A DNA stretch of 64,000 nucleotides from Callorhinchus milii (taxonomy: Eukaryota), in assembly GCF_018977255.1 (NCBI RefSeq), contig NW_024704742.1, positions 82,524,001-82,588,000 of the forward strand. Reading direction: 5' to 3'. The notes under the pieces were generated by a model. It did no database searches. It was not told where the DNA came from and saw only the letters and a program-made list of their open reading frames with translations. Below, piece after piece: positions 62,611 through 64,000 of the stretch; position 1 is the stretch's first letter, and the number at the start of each line of letters is the position of its first letter. A program made the position numbers and the translations under genes.

Positions 62611-63608
62611 CAGAGAGATGCCTTTCTCTTTCTGAACAATGTTAAACTTCCGAGATGCTATCCTGCGTGTAGGCCTCTATTTAAATGCAAGTTGAGGTTG
62701 TTGTTATTGTCATGGGATATTTTAGAACAGGCAGAGATGACTTTATTTTAACAACTCAATTGATTATTTTATTCACTTTAAAATATTTTTTTTACTTGCA
62801 TCGATGAATCCATGGTTTGCAAAAATTATACAAAGCAATTTACAGAAGCTATTTCAGTCAAATTCATTTGAAGACAGTTATGACTCACAGTTATTTCACA
62901 TTCATTTCAAAGAGAAATGGGATTCTTTCTCAACACAGTGAGCCCTTTTTATTCTGCTCCCTTGTCATAAATTCTGAAGTGGTAAATAAGTTCTAGTGAA
63001 AGTATCTATTGCTGCAAAAACATTTCAACTTACAGAACACTGCCTTTTAATGAAAAAGAATCACTGCTAAATGATTCTATCTTTAGAAGCACTGTGATCC
63101 ATTTCACATCAACTCTATTAACTCTGTGTTATTCTTTGTGAATTTTTATTCATTGTGCGGAGGCGTTGGTAGACTGAGTTGAGGAGAATCAGTTGCTTTC
63201 CGCCTATGTGGTGCTTCGATTGAATTTGTAAAGGTTTCTGAAACGTCATTATTCCAGCCTTTATTTTTATCAAAAGACAGTGAAGCGTGTTTTGTTATTT
63301 CATCCCTTGAGAAAGTAAATGCTGCTTTACTTTTCGCCCACAAAATATACAGGCAATTCACTTTACAATATATTCTGTGAAGTGCTTTGAGACGTCTCGA
63401 AGATGTGATAAGGTGCTATATCAAATGCAAGGATTATTATAAATTATATACTTGTCTTTTCAGCACTTTTTCTGATCTACCTAGATTTTTACTGCCTTGT
63501 TATGTGGAAGGTGCCTCTTGCTGCCTGAGCGTGAAATATAAAGAAATTTGTAAAGATTTTAGTCAAAATGTTCACGATTATTATCCCAAGATTCCAAAAT
63601 GTTTAACA

Positions 63609-63686
63609 CTTCCTATTTTGTGTGAAGATTTGTGGACAGTGAAACCTTCAATCACTTTATTCCATAGTGACACTGTTCGGGGAATG
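63609..63686. repeat. Unclassified 78-bp dispersed repeat, copy 2
   Basis: Ungapped match to 15409-15486. Confidence 0.8.
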
Positions 63687-63689
63687 CTT

Positions 63690-64000
63690 TCATCCTTATA
63701 TTTGGTACAGCCCCTTTCACAGCAGGAGGAGATCTTGAAGCAATTCACAGAATGCACAGAATACGGTGTATTGACTGTGTATTTTGTAGCACATCAGTGT
63801 GTTACAAACGCCCGTGAAGTGAGTGACAGAGTTTATTAGGGGGATTGTTGGCCAGGACATTTGGAGAAACTGCCTTCTCTTTTCAAATAATGTCATGGGA
63901 GTTTTAATCTCCACCTGAACATGCAGACAAAATTTCAGTTTGACATCTCATCTGTTAGACTATATGGGTTCAAAGTTCTGACATGGGGTTTGAGCCCCCA
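63690..64000 (-). mobile_element. Old Deu-SINE running to the window end
   Basis: Tail atccttatatttggtacagc and body gattgttggccaggacatttggagaaactgccttctcttttcaaataatgtcatggga. Confidence 0.8.

Overview
Repeat-dense vertebrate genomic DNA with no prokaryotic-type features (no operons, CRISPR arrays or rRNA). The mix of CR1 LINEs with (ATTCTATG)n tails, GC-rich L2 LINEs with (TGT)n tails and tRNA-headed Deu-domain SINEs suggests a cartilaginous fish; this is an inference. Most long ORFs in the track are remnants or antisense shadows of L2/CR1 ORF2, or run across SINE tails. Main observations: (1) three phase-compatible minus-strand exons (43141-43298, 32480-32589, 24195-24233) that splice to a 101-aa, 6-Cys C-terminus I do not recognise; (2) a young, apparently chimeric SINE family (tRNA-Ala/Val-like cloverleaf head, CORE-like stub, distal Deu domain, L2 tail) with near-identical copies; (3) a covarying 3' stem-loop shared by these SINEs and several L2 subfamilies; (4) many tail-only and nested insertions, some with target-site duplications (TSDs); (5) an LF-SINE-like relic, an unexplained 78-bp segment abutting SINE tails twice, and a template-switch scar. 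Repeat family names come from recalled consensus motifs, not database searches. Boundaries of old repeats are approximate.
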